A program made the position numbers and the translations under genes. Below are positions 12,750 through 26,923 of a DNA stretch of 64,000 nt, piece by piece; position 1 is the stretch's first letter; each line of letters opens with the position of its first letter. A model generated the notes under the pieces. That model ran no database searches, was not told the DNA's origin, and saw nothing but the letters and a program-made list of their open reading frames with translations. Origin of the DNA: Euprymna scolopes (lineage: Eukaryota); NCBI GenBank assembly GCA_053919585.1, contig CM132790.1; one strand, 5' to 3'.

Positions 12750-13720
12750 ACATGCAGTTTACTTCAGATAGAAATGAAAAAGAGCTGCTCAAAATGCTTA
12801 CGCTACCTAGCCTTCTTAATATATTGAAACGAGGATTTATATTTAGACGATAGTGGACAGAAGAACTATATTTAAGTAATATACTTAATATTTGCAATTT
12901 TAATATGTTTTTATCTACTATGAATATGTGCAAATCGCTATTCATATCTATTACTTATACTGGTCTTCTATAGCGTATACCTTACTTCCAGGTCTACCTG
13001 TACTGAAATGTACTTTAATCATTGTTATATTACCACTTAAATCAATACTGAATCGATTTTCTATTTCTCTCGTATCGACCTTAATATCCATAGATCGTAA
13101 TGTAATTTAATCTTAAAAAAGATTCCATGAACAACGATTATTTCTTAAAACTACACGCCTTCGGAAATCTCTTCCGATTTTCTGCTTTCCAGCTGAATAC
13201 AGTCAGATTGTCATCAAGTCCAACGTAAACACGTTCTTGATGAACCGCCCCTCCCCTATGTCATCCAATTTACAAAACTTTTTATTTTTTGACTAAGGTT
13301 ATACCCATTAACCCTTATCCTCAAGTGTCCTCCGGGTCTTGATAAGTGGTGATTCCTGTGTACGAATAAATTCCTAATAACATTTAAAATGGTACTTTCA
13401 TAGTTCATTTCAACCTATCCTTAAAGTAATATATGTACACTTATTTAACTGTATATCTTTTTTTCTTAAATCAGCCAGCTTCAAATCTAGATTCCACCTC
13501 CGCATGCATTTTTATCTACAACCTCTTTCCCCTTAATAATGAAATGGAGAGCATAGGTTTATTCTTTTTTCAATTACTCTGAGGAGTGTAACTTTATAGT
13601 TCATGCAGCCATTACGAAAAGCTCGGGCATATTTTCTTTGATAAAGATGATATATTTTTGTAGTTATTTTATGAAATCCACTCGTTCTAAATATCGTGTA
13701 TGCAACGTTTTTTTCCATCT
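12750..13720 (-). pseudogene. AP-endonuclease (APE/EEP)-like remnant directly downstream of the Helitron helicase
   Basis: IFIKENMPELFVMAA*TIKLHSS...IIKGKEVVDKNACGGGI*I (cf. PDI..L.ETKL...GY....DR...GGGVAI). Resumes after the inserted CR1 fragment with LNYITIYGY and GNITMIKVHFS. Weak, by eye. Confidence 0.4.
13092..13370 (+). mobile_element. CR1/L2-group LINE 3' fragment
   Basis: Nucleotide similarity to 43670-43920 (caagtccaacgtaaacac...tgaaccgcccc...cttgataagt). Confidence 0.75.
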
Positions 13721-13749
13721 TGGCGGAAATTAAAAATATTATACTTGTA

Positions 13750-15853
13750 TTCGTATTTAGATAAAAATAGTTTTTTTTTTATATCAATCTTCGATAATTT
13801 TAATATTTCCAATTAAAAGCCCGTCAGCCTAGAAAACGGAAAATCCACATTGAAATTGGCTTGGTATTTTGACTCAGATATAATTTATCTCTTCTGCGTT
13901 ATCTATCATTCTTTAGTAGCTTCAATTGCTTAATAATAAACCCGTCTTTGTATTTATAGTAATAGATTAATACTGTATTTTTATTCAGTTTAAACAAGTT
14001 TAGCAAACGACGTTTTCTAATCCAAATTCTAATAGTGATACAAAATAAGGTTTTCGTATTTTATTAAGAGGGAGACTTCACCATTTTTGAAAAATTTTAT
14101 GACCTTTAAAAAATATATAAACACTAAACATCTATATATTTCTTATTTCTATTTTGTTTATCTATCTTTTAACAAATTATTTACTTTATTTACATTGTAA
14201 CTTAATAGTGAAACAATTGCTGAATGATTATAATTCAGGTTTATACCAGGTAATACTCTTGAATTCACCTGCTGTATTTTCTAAGCAAAATTACCAAGTT
14301 ATATTGGAATTAATATTGTATTCGGTAATTCTTTACACGAAGATGTATCTTACCGATTGTAAGCAGAATACCTTAATTACTTGCTGATATCTCAATCATA
14401 TAAACCGTCATATTTGTTGTTAGGTACTTTACACATATGCCTCTTCAAAGACAGGATTCTGTTAAACTTTCAATAAAGAATATTTGTTTTTGTTTCATTT
14501 TTACAATAGTCAAAATCTGATTAAATCTCCCGACAATAGATTTTGAATAAAGCGCATTCGTTTGTTTGTTGACATGAATAATAGACTGTAATGCTCTAAT
14601 AATTACTTTCAAACAATTTTATTAGTCAAAAAGTGTGCATCAACAAATAGTACTTTTATGCACCCTATTTTTAAATATATTAGAGTATTAAAGATGATTA
14701 CATGTCAGCTAATCTATTCAATACGTATTCAATGCTACATTATATGCGCTGTGCAAAGTATGATCAAGTTCTAACAGCGGTGTCGCAAAATCACATGTTT
14801 TACTTGCCAGCGTTATGTGGTATTCTAACATATTTTAAATCAGTTACTCCTGACTCCACACGTGCATAAGAGAAAATAATATTTTATTATCCTTTTCACA
14901 ATACAACATGTAAACACTATTATATACGCATCTATTTTATCGTATTTTAGACTCGTGTTTTTAAAATTTTTCTGTCGACACATATGTCAGCACCAATTAA
15001 TCGTTTCATACTCTACGTTTCCTAATTATCAATACAGGCGGCTGTTGGTAAGCTGTATTGTATCGAAAATGCAGTTAAATATTAAGGACGCTGTTTTCCA
15101 ACTAGTACACAACGTGTTTGAATACTAAATCAGAGATTAAAACATTTGGATCATTCTTTTATATAGTTTTACTATTAAGGTCACAAAGCTCTTTTAATGT
15201 TTTCCAAATCGGTTCTAGAATCCTTCGTTAAGAGCCCATCAAATATCTTTAAATAGTCATCTCATGTTCGCAGTTGATGGCAAGATTATTGATTCTTCCA
15301 TTGCCAATGGTAAATGCAAATTAATCGCAGCTTTGTAAACTCAAACTGCACTCTATCTCACGCATACATTGCCATAAACAACTTTAAGATCTTTGCATGA
15401 AATCTGTTTTCTAAATCGCAATAAATAGCACTATTAGCGTCTATTATGTTAATACTTGCAATGGCCTGAACGTTTGAAGCCATGTTTTACTAATTATCTA
15501 CATCTATAAAAATATATATCTTGCGAAGATTCGACTTCTCTGTAATTTGTTACCACAAATATGTGGTGATAAATCAGCATACGTCAATCTATTTGCATAG
15601 TTATTACTTTTAAAGAGTTTGAGAAGACCTGTTTGATTTTATATTAAGGTACATGTAAATCATTTGTATTTAAAAGAGGCTTTCTTGTCTATACGCAATG
15701 TTTTTACTGCATCATTTACTCATACGGAATGCGATTCTCCTGATTATCACACACATCTCATTTTTTGTTAAAAGGTTGATGTCGTTCATCAACTGTCGTA
15801 CTTGACCACTGATGTGTACTGCACTTTTAATTTGAAAAGATCTACATTTAAAT

Positions 15854-15900
<47 letters not shown>

Positions 15901-17330
15901 TACGCAATATGGATAAGGAATAAGAAAGAAAGAATAATGAAATGCATGCATATCAACATTGATATGCAGTCTATTTGCAGCAACAAATGTGGATTTTAAA
16001 GAAATACCCATTGATTGGCGATTCATTGGTTAATTTGATGGATATTTTTTCTGATTTTTATCATGCGAGTCTTTTTCTGGTTTTCATCTTCTATATTAAG
16101 CTTAGAAATCGTTTCTTTGTTTAGAAGAAATGTGGAGGCATCCAGATCATTTTTTGAGCATCATACTTGAATGGACTTTATTGAGGAAACCACATAGCCA
16201 TAGATCATATCTTTCAAAATCATATCATTATTTTGTTCTTCTAATGAAAGTGTGTCTGCGGACATTACTAAATATTATGCTTCTGCTGTGGATTCCTTTT
16301 CTAGCAACCAAATGTTCAACGATTTCTAGTTAGTATTGATTAGATGTCAGACTGATAAAATAGTCTTCTGTACCATATTGTTTCACAACTAGGAATGCAT
16401 CTGCCATTTTTTTATGCAAACACTTGCGACTACCGTTGTAGACTGCAAAAAGTAGAATTCGACGACCATATTGTTTTTGCTAAAATCAATACCAAGTAAA
16501 CTATCACATAGATGTTAGTAATTTCAGCGCAGTGGCTTCGCTCGTCTTTTCCTAAAAATAAAAAAACTGTAATATTTCACTTTCAATTTCCTAGGTTGTA
16601 TCTTCAAAGGGCTGCTGGAAGATTATGAACAATATATAACGTCCTATTGCTCTAATACTGAAAGCGTAATCCTGCAATTAACCGATTTTGAAAACATTAT
16701 TTTTTTGCAAACTAATTTTCTAACTATCAATCTAATATAGAAAGATAAATGTCATATTAAACGTTCATAAAACCGAAGTACAAACTAAATTATCTTCAAA
16801 CAAACTGGTTATGATTGAAGTACAATGTCTATGTTCTTATACGCTCATTTGACAGTGAAATTGAAAATACCGCCTCGATTGCCGCACTAAAATACCAACA
16901 ATGTTCTACCTGCGTGCAAATATTGTCAAAATTCGAATTTTCATTTAAGTATTATCTTGTGCACTTACCTGTCCTGCATGTTCTACTGTCTCTCTCAGAA
17001 AAAAAAACACTTCATAAGATTCTAAGAATTATATTGCATACATCTTGCTCTTATATATTCAGTAATAGACAGGGATCATATATAATAATAAATTAAACCT
17101 TGGATATTTACAAATGAATATATATCCTTGACAGTAGTGGCTCTTTGTCCAATGCAGGTGATTGCAAAGAGAGTAGTATACTCCTTAAAGATTGATAATT
17201 TTTCTACGTGTACTTTGCCCAGTAAATAGATCACGTAAAATGGGATGGAGGTAGGGGCAATGTAATATGTCTATTTCACATACACTTATTTGTCTTCCTG
17301 GCTCCTTATCATATGAGTCGTCATAGGCTT
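13750..17330 (-). mobile_element. Decayed autonomous Helitron Rep-helicase (canonical Helitron1-type)
   Basis: Motifs in order on the minus strand: FKEYTTLFAITCIG...FVNIQGLIYY; FQQPFEDTT*EIESEILQF; YGRRILLFAVYNGSRKCLHKKMADAFLVVKQYGTEDYFISLTSN (cf. GRRIILPSSFTGSPRYM...QDAMAIVR.YG.PDLFITFTCN); ANRLTYADL; SCKDLKVVYG...AMEES...MR*LF; Pif1 helicase TLASKTCDFATPLLELDHTLHSAY (cf. AVASSGIAATLL.GGRTAHS), GRFNQILTIV, ESLTESCL*...LTTNMTV. Confidence 0.85.
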
Positions 17331-17765
17331 TGTTAATTGTAGAATGGGTTGCCGTTATGCAGTATGCGTGGTCTTAAATGTCGATGTATGTTTCTATCAG
17401 TATTAAGTTCAATCGTCCCACTTCATCTGACTGATTTATCTTGTAAGCATATGGAACAATATACTCTGTGATGTTTCCTCGACGCTTAACAAACGAATCA
17501 TTCAGGCGGGACTCTGTTTGGCACTGTTTTGCATTTCACTTATATATTTGTATTATTCTCTCTGCGTTAGGCTTTTTTATATGAGGCTTTCTTATCCTAC
17601 ATCCAAATTCTCGAACAAACGACGAAGCCTACTCCTTTTTACAGGGAGATGTTAGATATTAGTGGTCTTAATAGACGGCGAAAAAACACTAGTTTCAAAG
17701 ACGTGGCATTTTTTCAATTTTATTATGATTTCCCTATGTGACTAAATATAAAACAAATAAACTAA

Positions 17766-18265
17766 TGTTAGGAAATTGGTCGGACATCCGAAAGAAATAT
17801 GGTAAATCATATTGTAGACACGTTTTACCGGAATTGACGGTCAGCTGATCATATCTGCGTGTGAGTCACGTGATAAGGTAAGCTGGGATCATTGAGTTGG
17901 GTTTTGCACGTAAAGAAGAACGGACGGCTTAACAGGTCGCCCCCCCCTTTACTGGGGGGATGCTGACGTGTGTAAAAATAAGATGTTGAACTAACCACAC
18001 AAGCAAAGATATTCACTTTCCATTCTTCTGGAATCGACCCCTGGAAGGTGAATAAAAGCTATAGAAAAGCAATTTCTTGGAGTGAATGAATATTCGTCCA
18101 AAACAGGTTCCCAATCTCTCCTCCAGGAACAAGTTGAATTCAAGCGGGACAAGATCAACAACGCATGAAATTAAGGTATGTCTAAAATACATAGGCAAAC
18201 AACACTCACACACACAACTGCATGTGAACAATTAGGTATGAGTATATCACCAATAGACATCAACA
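17766..18265 (-). mobile_element. Possible solo or 3' LTR
   Basis: TGTTGA...CTAACA termini preceded by a G run (PPT-like, 18266-18270). No partner LTR found. Confidence 0.3.
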
Positions 18266-19062
18266 CCCCCGTTTATGATACCAAAAATATAACACTAAAT
18301 GAGTAATGCATGTTACGTTTATAAATGATGTGAACATTTTTATTATAAAATAAATGAGTAAAATAATTCGCTGTTTTTAATATGAGATTATTTGACATAT
18401 ACTGACAATACAAATTTAACTCCGAAAATCTTTCGAAATTCAATATTGCATTGGATCGAGCAAATAACTGCCAGTCTAGTAATCAATGAATATATTGTCG
18501 TGTGTATTAGAGGAGATACTTGTAAACTTTAGTGTATCTCTGAAAATTCTTGTATAATATTAATTTGATTGAAGTTAATCGAATAGTTGTCATATTTTTC
18601 CTTAATAGAAAGCCTGTTTTATAACGGTAATAAGAGAAAAATATCATTCAAAGTCTGATTATATTATTTCAATTATATTTTAAATATTCTAATGAGTGCA
18701 CTGCATTCCATATACATTTTTTCAGATTTTACTATGACTCTTCATAGACAAGGACTTCTTATCATTATAATTACACAAAGTTTACAGTACGTGTTTTATG
18801 TATGTTTTAAATAATTGGACGTAGTTAAAATATTATGTTACACATTAACACATTAATAAAAGTCAATCTGAGAAAAATTTAATTTGGTAGATTTTTTAAA
18901 ATGAACTATAAAATTTGATAAATTTAGTAACCTACAGTCAAGTGGAGAATTAAAATACTTATATTATCTTGATAAGGTAAATATTCATAATGTTTAGTGT
19001 AAAACCCTGAGTATTAAGAGACACGAAATAATAAAAATACAGTAAAAAAATGTGTGTGTGTA

Positions 19063-19095
19063 TCTATATTACATATATATATATATATATACATA

Positions 19096-19159
<64 letters not shown>

Positions 19160-19757
19160 TATCTGTGTGTGTGTGTCTGGTCAATAATAGATTCCGATAT
19201 GGTTGACTATTTAAAATAAAAAAATGATTACATAAAAGATGTATCGAGACACAGGAATGGGTGTTTAATCCGGCAGAACAGTGGTTCATTAAAATTGTGG
19301 GGGTCTGCGTTCGCACCTGGTCCACAAAATATTGTAATAAAAAAATTTACCAATTAAAAAAAAAACGTTTTAAAAATGGTTTTGATATATATGTAGATAA
19401 GAATACGTTGATAAGTATGTTTTAACTTAAACAGAGATGGTATAATAGATTTGTGGGGTCGCGCCTGGCCTATATAGAATGGAAATATGCCACAAAGTTT
19501 AACAAGATTTTTTAAATATAGATCCACAGAAAATTGTAATAAGTGTTTACGTGATAACAGGTATGGTATTATAAATTATGGGGTTATCTATTTTATTTTT
19601 ACTTTCATCATATTTAGCTTTGCTTTTGATACCTCCAAATTCGGAGCTATCTCATTACAACCCCTCCTTTCATAACCTATCAAACTGTCATGAATCAGAG
19701 TCCATTTTCTGTAGGTTAGGCTGTTTTGAACCCAGTCAACGATGAGTACTTTTGCTA

Positions 19758-19758
<1 letters not shown>
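19063..19758 (+). mobile_element. Non-autonomous Helitron-like element
   Basis: A|TC TATA... 5' end followed by (TA)n and (TG)n. Degenerate subterminal hairpin and CTAG|T 3' end. The same 3' end recurs at ~51350-51408. Confidence 0.65.
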
Positions 19759-19822
<64 letters not shown>

Positions 19823-20550
19823 TTTTAATCTCTCTTCCATTACTCTCACTGCAGTAAGACTAAAACTATAAAACCAGACAAAAACTAAAATAAAACACTA
19901 ACATATTACAGGTTTTTACATGCGATAATAAATTGTATAATCAATTAAAACACTTCACATTTTACTAAATGTAATATATTTTTTTGTGTTTCGTGGTTCG
20001 ACTAACTTCCTAAGGGCCGCTTTATTTGCATTGTTTTTACTTGACCNNNNNNNNNNNNNNNNNNNNNNNNNNNNNNNNNNNNNNNNNNNNNNNNNNNNNN
20101 NNNNNNNNNNNNNNNNNNNNNNNNNNNNNNNNNNNNNNNNNNNNNNNNNNNNNNNNNNNNNNNNNNNNNNNNNNNNNNNNNNNNNNNNNNNNNNNNNNNN
20201 NNNNNNNNNNNNNNNNNNNNNNNNNNNNNNNNNNNNNNNNNNNNNNNNNNNNNNNNNNNNNNNNNNNNNNNNNNNNNNNNNNNNNNNNNNNNNNNNNNNN
20301 NNNNNNNNNNNNNNNNNNNNNNNNNNNNNNNNNNNNNNNNNNNNNNNNNNNNNNNNNNNNNNNNNNNNNNNNNNNNNNNNNNNNNNNNNNNNNNNNNNNN
20401 NNNNNNNNNNNNNNNNNNNNNNNNNNNNNNNNNNNNNNNNNNNNNNNNNNNNTTTAATAATGTAGATACATATGCTAGTTAATTTCTTTTAAACCATTTA
20501 TTTATAGAACATTTACACTTCAAAATACACTAATCTTTTTCTCTTTTTAG

Positions 20551-23500
20551 ACTATTCGAATAAGATTTATCAGGAGTTTCTTCGGAAACTGTACAAAATA
20601 ATAAAAACAAACAGTGTTGAACTGTAAAATTAGCACAATCCAGTTGTTATTATGAATACCATTATAATTACGTAAATTGAAATTTTGTAAATTTAAAAAA
20701 TGATTTTCCACTTCTCAGGCTGTTTACGTTAACGCTGTAGCGTTATGATATTTTGTTATATATAAATGATTGTAATTTGTCAAAATATTTCATAGCGTGT
20801 TACTCTTGTATGAATTTAAACACCAAAAAAGGTCCATTGAGTTTAATATATGTGTAAAAATAATTAAACACATATAACTAAAAACTGACAGATTATGACT
20901 AGTTAATTTTTGTAAAAATTTAAATAACAACATTGTCTAGTAAATGTTAATTTATTTTATTTGGCTTCAACAGCAGACACGGATTTTCAATGAACAAATA
21001 TCATACTCATCGTTTTATGGCAAAATGAATTTCTTAGAAATTAATTACATAACTATCCGTGAAAGACGCATTGAGATATTAGAAAAGTGTTCGCCTTAGT
21101 TATTTGTTGTCTTCTTAATTGGAGGTTTTCTAATCTATTGTATAATGACACTATTTGTGATGTAATCATCTTACAATTGCGTAGTGTACGTTCGGTAAAT
21201 CTAAATACGGAATGACTTTTTAGGGCAATGACATGAAGATCCGATTATATAGCAGAAAATAAAGGGTTGAAGTATAAAGGAGAGGCAGATAATAGGGTCG
21301 TTGTTTATTACTTTATACAGAAATGTGGGGGAAACCTTTTGCAACACACATTGTTTTAAAAGTTTTACTGCCAGAGATCATTATTTTATTTGTAAAAGCC
21401 GAACGAGAATAAATATATTATTATTCTTTGGATTTGGCAACAGTTTATATGTATTATTTTCAAATAAGCTTCCAATCCGGATTGCATACCTTTTTTCTAT
21501 CCTTGGTGAATAAATCACCTGAATATAACTTTCTGGTGTGCTTTTTAGTGAGTAAAAGTAAGCTAGTGCGTTTGGCTTGTAGAGGTGCAAGTTCTTAACA
21601 GGTCGACTTGTCGGGTTACTGTTTACGTCCGTAGATTTTCTGCTATCTTCGTCATTATGTATATTTTCATTGTGATCGGAAAAACACTACATAATGTTTC
21701 ATTACGTTTTTTTGTTTATTAATTTTCCATTTTTTAAATTTAATGTGCCATTAAATTTTACACATCTAACTTTATTTTATGGTATGCTGCTCTTGAAAAT
21801 CGATTTACTAAGCCGAGCTGTTTTATCGTAATCTATGAGCATACCTGTTTCGCTTTTAATATTAAGTTTCGGGTGTTCTATGAATTCAAACAAGATTGAA
21901 CTTAATATATGCATTCGGTTCAATTTAGTTTGATCATCGCAAAAGACTTCGTACGGATTTTTGCTTAATCTTTTATTGAACGATGAACATCCGATATATG
22001 CTGCCGCCATTAAAGCATACATCTATAAACTTTGGGCTAATCTCAATTCGATAAGTATACTTCTTCCAAAAATGGTCCGCCATGCATTTCATCGGTGGCA
22101 TTATGAAATGAAGAAATGTCTGATTTTTCTTTTTTAATACGATGGTCAAGTAATTGAAGTTCAAAGTTCTTTATAGTGACATGCAGTTCAATTGTCTAAA
22201 CATACCGAGCCGTGCTGAGCGATGCCAGCTAAATATTTTTAAGTTGCTAGGATCGTGTCTGTTTTTTTTAAGAAATAAACCATACTTAAACCTCAATAAT
22301 CGTCAACAAAGTTTAATGGATAAATTAATTATATTTTTCCATCGGACTTATCGGGCCTGCCATGTTACAGTTCACAATTGAGAGAATTTTCTCGACCTTT
22401 TTGTCTAGTGCTTTGCTTATATATTTCGTCATTTTTCCTGTGTACACACATCACACATTGGGAGATCGCCTGAAGGGGTTATTTCCATACCTTTGACAAC
22501 AGTTTATTTTTAAATACGAGCAGCATTATAGTGTCTGAGAATTTCATGTCATGTTTTCAAGTAGAAACAGGCGGGTTTTGAGGGAGCAATATTTTGTAAA
22601 AAATATAGTCGGCTATTTTTTAATGTCAACTACTATTCCATTTAGTTATACCAATCTTGACTTCGTATAGACAAACTTGTAATTCTCGCCTTTATTCATG
22701 TCACCCTGAACGGAAAATTTGTCTTGCTTAAATGTCAGTATGAAAAGAGCATTTTTAGAATCCAGTTATAAATTTCGCCTTTATTATTTTAGTAAAATGT
22801 TAGCATCGCCTCTTTTCAAGACTAAATGAATTATTTGACAAACTGACACTTTGGATAAATTTTCGAATGAATATTAATAAAATCAGATTCCTTGGTGATA
22901 ACGTTTGCTTAGGCGCCTCAGTCTACAAGAAGACGTTTACTGTTTGAAAGTCCTGTTATTATTAGACTCGATTCCTCTCTTTGTAATAAGGCAATGCCAC
23001 GTTAAGTTGAGTGGGGTTGTCTTTTTGCGTTAAAGCAGTAGTAAATTGTTAAAAATCGGTTCTAAGTCTCTTACAGTCTATGTAAGACGTTGGTTCCCTT
23101 AATAGAGATGACATTTTCAGTGGCTCTTTTTTATAGTGTTCTCTTAATATGTTCAACGCTATTCATCAATCATCCAAGGCTTCTCTTATAGTGATAGACA
23201 GACTTCTGTCGTCTTAACAATGGGTCAGGTCTGCAAAAAAAGTGCGTTCTTTTCGATAAATTCAGGGCCGTTAAATTCTCTGTTCGAGATTGGAGAATTT
23301 TGTTTCGTTTTCATATCCTTAAATACCCCAGAACATCCACTTGCCGCAATTCGAATTAAGATTCCGATCTGTCAAAGAAAAGTCGATGACTGGGCGCATA
23401 AACTGTTAAGTATTAAGCCATTATGTTGAACAAAAATGGGGGTAGTAAATCAAATCGGCAAAGAATCAATGTAGTCACGACTTCGAGCTTTGATGAATTC

Positions 23501-26500
23501 TATTGAACAAAAATGCCGGCATTAGATCGAGAAAGAATCAGTGTAATCCGGATCAGCAGTAGTTCACGCCTTCCAAAACGGAGACTTACAACGACCTGAC
23601 TTTTATCCAAAATTCGATATTTTTATAATGAGGTGTGGAGGCGTTGTTTGTTAAAACATGTTTAAAAACTTACTCCAAAAGTAAAGCAGACCCTATTAAA
23701 GTCAAAAGTAAAACGTTTACATTCGTGAAAAATAGGGGTATTGCCAATAAAATATATTTTTGGTATAGAATTATTTTTTCTGCATAGTTCAAATCTGTTC
23801 TCAACCGTTTCATTTTTTTATTAAATGGTGATTATGGATGGGGTTTTATTAAAGCTTAAAGCAGACATGCATAAATCCAATTATCATTACGATGCAATTC
23901 GTAATGCCGTCTTACTAATTCAAAAATAATTGAAAATAGAAGGAATTACAATGTAACCAGATAAGCAAATAAACAAAACATCTGTGATAGCTATTTAAAG
24001 GATAAACAAATATGCTCATTAGATAAAAAAATACTCAGAATATTGTTAACTTGGCTTTTTCCTCTTATCGGTGTTCTATCTACTGCTCATATTCCTAATA
24101 CCCCTTACCAGCAAACTTAAGTTCATTTTTATATTTCAAGTTTATTATGTCCTTTTCATTTTCCCATGTCTCTCTTTTTAAGATTCTTATTTTTCATCTT
24201 TTCTTGTTCAGAAGATGTTGCCTTGTTTTGATGAATTCTAAGAGGTGCTCTATTACTTTGTAGACGCATTCAACGTAATAATCAATAACAACGCGAAAAA
24301 ACTTGCCAATCGTTTACCTTCAAACTATCCTGCTTTTCCAGTCTTTAAAGAATCGGATCGTCAAGCACTTTTGAATTGAAAGCAGATATTCGACATTCTC
24401 TAGAATCTTCTTAAGGCATTCTACTTGAATAATGTCAATAATTCTTACAGTTAAGTCCTTGCTATATGTGGAACACTTCAGACACAATCTGAGCGTCCTT
24501 TATTTCACTATAGAAGAGAAATGCTTCTCAGAGTTTGTTTTGTTGATTCTATAAAAGCTGTATATAATATATATAAACATGCATATATTCTATACAAATG
24601 TAGATAACAGTTAAGTATCGAACATTTATTGTAGATTTCTCTATTTTTTTAGCAAACGTTTAATGCACTATGTGCATTCAGTTGTATACAAAAGATAATA
24701 TAATATTTTCTGTCTAGTACGAATCTGGTAAAATATAGTAAAATCACGATCAATCCTAAAATTATACTAAATTTGATTACGGCAAAATCAATGAGAAAAA
24801 ATTACATTATTATTACGGCAATTAACGAAATTAAAAATAACTTACTCTCAATGACTGACACGCCTTTTACACTCCAAGAAAATATAGAATTAAAAGTGGG
24901 ATACTCGGACATATTAGTTTATTTGAGGATAAAGAATTTTAGATTTTATCGAAAACCAACTAAAATTATAACCGATAATTCAATGAAAAATATATTATTT
25001 CTGACGAGAACAGGTTTTAAAAATCCTTTAGAAAAATAACGGTTTAACAAGTTTTAATAATCAGAGTCTTGACCTTTTGCGGAATACATAGTTCATTCAT
25101 TCAAAAATATCGTCAAACAGAAAGTAAAAGTAAATAAAAATATAATTGTGAAGATTACACAAAAATTAAGAATACAAATTAAAAATGTAATTACACATGT
25201 ACACATATCATTAATAATTTTAAATATTAATAATAATTCCCCTTTAAACGTTCGCCAATCTTCTGAGTTTATCGCAAATATTACCGCCATACCAGGGAAT
25301 GGAAGAATGATATAAAATATATGAAGCGGATATTATTTTGTAACAACTTTTTTGAGAAAACTATGATTTACGATCATAAAAAATAGTACTGGATATAGTG
25401 AATGGATTGAAACCGAACAATAATTTTGTAAATAATTAAATGAAATCAATATAACAACACATTTTTTAATGTAAGACCACGAAAATTGATATTCCTCAAC
25501 AGAAAAACACGTTCATCTCAAGGGTAATGGAACGATTTAAAAATCTGAAATGATATCANNNNNNNNNNNNNNNNNNNNNNNNNNNNNNNNNNNNNNNNNN
25601 NNNNNNNNNNNNNNNNNNNNNNNNNNNNNNNNNNNNNNNNNNNNNNNNNNNNNNNNNNNNNNNNNNNNNNNNNNNNNNNNNNNNNNATTACTTTTTACTA
25701 TAGTTACACTAGGTTCTACTTGAAGAGAGGATTGAAATACAGTCGGCTAGGCGGGAATCGGCGCTTCTAACCGTTACTCTATTTTGCTATTTTTATCATG
25801 GATGTCGCAAGAGTTTGGATTTTAGAATTGTGCTGTGTTTTTGAAAAGTTGCCTTACGCAGCCCATTTCTGAGTTTCAATATCGTCGCATTATCACTAGA
25901 ACACGTTATGTTATGCTCTATATAGATGAAGAAAGTGACTTGTTTGATGTTTACAGTGTGAATAGTCAATGTTACATAAAACTGTGATTTAGCCCAAAAC
26001 ATATATTCTGTTTTTCTCGGTTTATTTCTCTTACTATCTACTTTGTATTCTATACAAACATATTAATAAAATTTTAGATTACATGTGTAATTTTATGAAG
26101 GAGAGCGATGTGATCAGCGTAGGTCAGTACCGAGGATTTACACGTCTATAGAAAAACCGCTTAAGCAGGACTCCTCTGCCTTAAGAATTGCTACATCTGA
26201 TGCAACACAGAACAGGATTGTTGAAATTATCTCATTGTTTGAGGCGGTTCTTGATGTTTACAAAGCAGATATATCGAAAGTCAGTTTTTATAAATATCTT
26301 CTAATTCATCATGAAGAAATTTTAGAATATTAATGTATTTCTTATTGAGATTGTTTATCTAAATTGACCAAAGTTTGTCTAATTTGATACTATCGAAAGA
26401 ATAATTCCCACAAAATCTATCCGACTGTGTCTCCACAATTTTGATAAGCTGCTTGAGTATTGGCGAGACTGGAATATAGATAACGTATGATTATGTTGCT

Positions 26501-26780
26501 AATGATAATCATCAAGAGCTTAAAATGTGCTTTAACAAACGTATAAATATATAAATTTGCTAATCACACCTGCCATCTATTTTCTAGAAAAGAACGAATC
26601 ATGATTTAATGAAATAAAAAGGAGTTTTAAAATATAATATAACAGCTTATGTAGAACTAGGACAATGCTATGAAATCCAGCTTTGAAAATTCAGAGTAAA
26701 TGTTGTCGATGGCATGGCTTTGCCAGTGTACATCTTCTAAATTGATGTTATGAGTTCTTCTTTTGTTATATATGGAATAA
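20551..26780 (+). pseudogene. Decayed multi-exon host-like gene, copy A (family unknown)
   Basis: AG/GT-bounded protein-like segments with stops: 20551-20671 (YSNKIYQEFLRKLYKIIK), from 24212 (EVLYYFVDAFNVIINNN), from ~24943 (FYRKPTKIITDNSM), 26078-26279 (RIATSDATQNRIVEIISLFEAVLDVYKADISK). Paralogous to 36-37 kb and 45 kb. Confidence 0.4.
21050..23600 (-). mobile_element. Ty1/Copia retrotransposon remnant (internally deleted)
   Basis: LTR end TTAACA followed by a copia-type PBS-like GTTTATGCGCCCAG (23390-23403). Gag DDRSLSITIREALDD..ALNILREHY; integrase MYALMAAAYI...NKRLSKNPYE...MHI; RT start ENNTYKLLP. Integrase precedes RT. Confidence 0.8.
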
Positions 26781-26923
26781 GTAATTCTCCTGAAGTTCGG
26801 AGTTAGTCGCACGTATTAGCGTTTTCATATAAATATGCGTAAAATGAATCCCATTCTCTAAAGTCCCTTTTTGTCTTTCATACCCGAGAAATCATAACGT
26901 TTGTTAGTTTTTAGTCTTTCCAT

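Noticed and set aside
15410-16450. Spliceosomal introns in the Helitron RepHel (acceptor-like TTTTTGCAG and GATTTAG)
   Set aside because: The supposed intron sequences themselves translate into expected RepHel motifs (YGRRILL, CYLLRF), so no intron is needed.
17766-18265. 3' LTR partner of the Copia at 21-23.6 kb
   Set aside because: No visible similarity to the sequence upstream of the Copia PBS (23404-23600).
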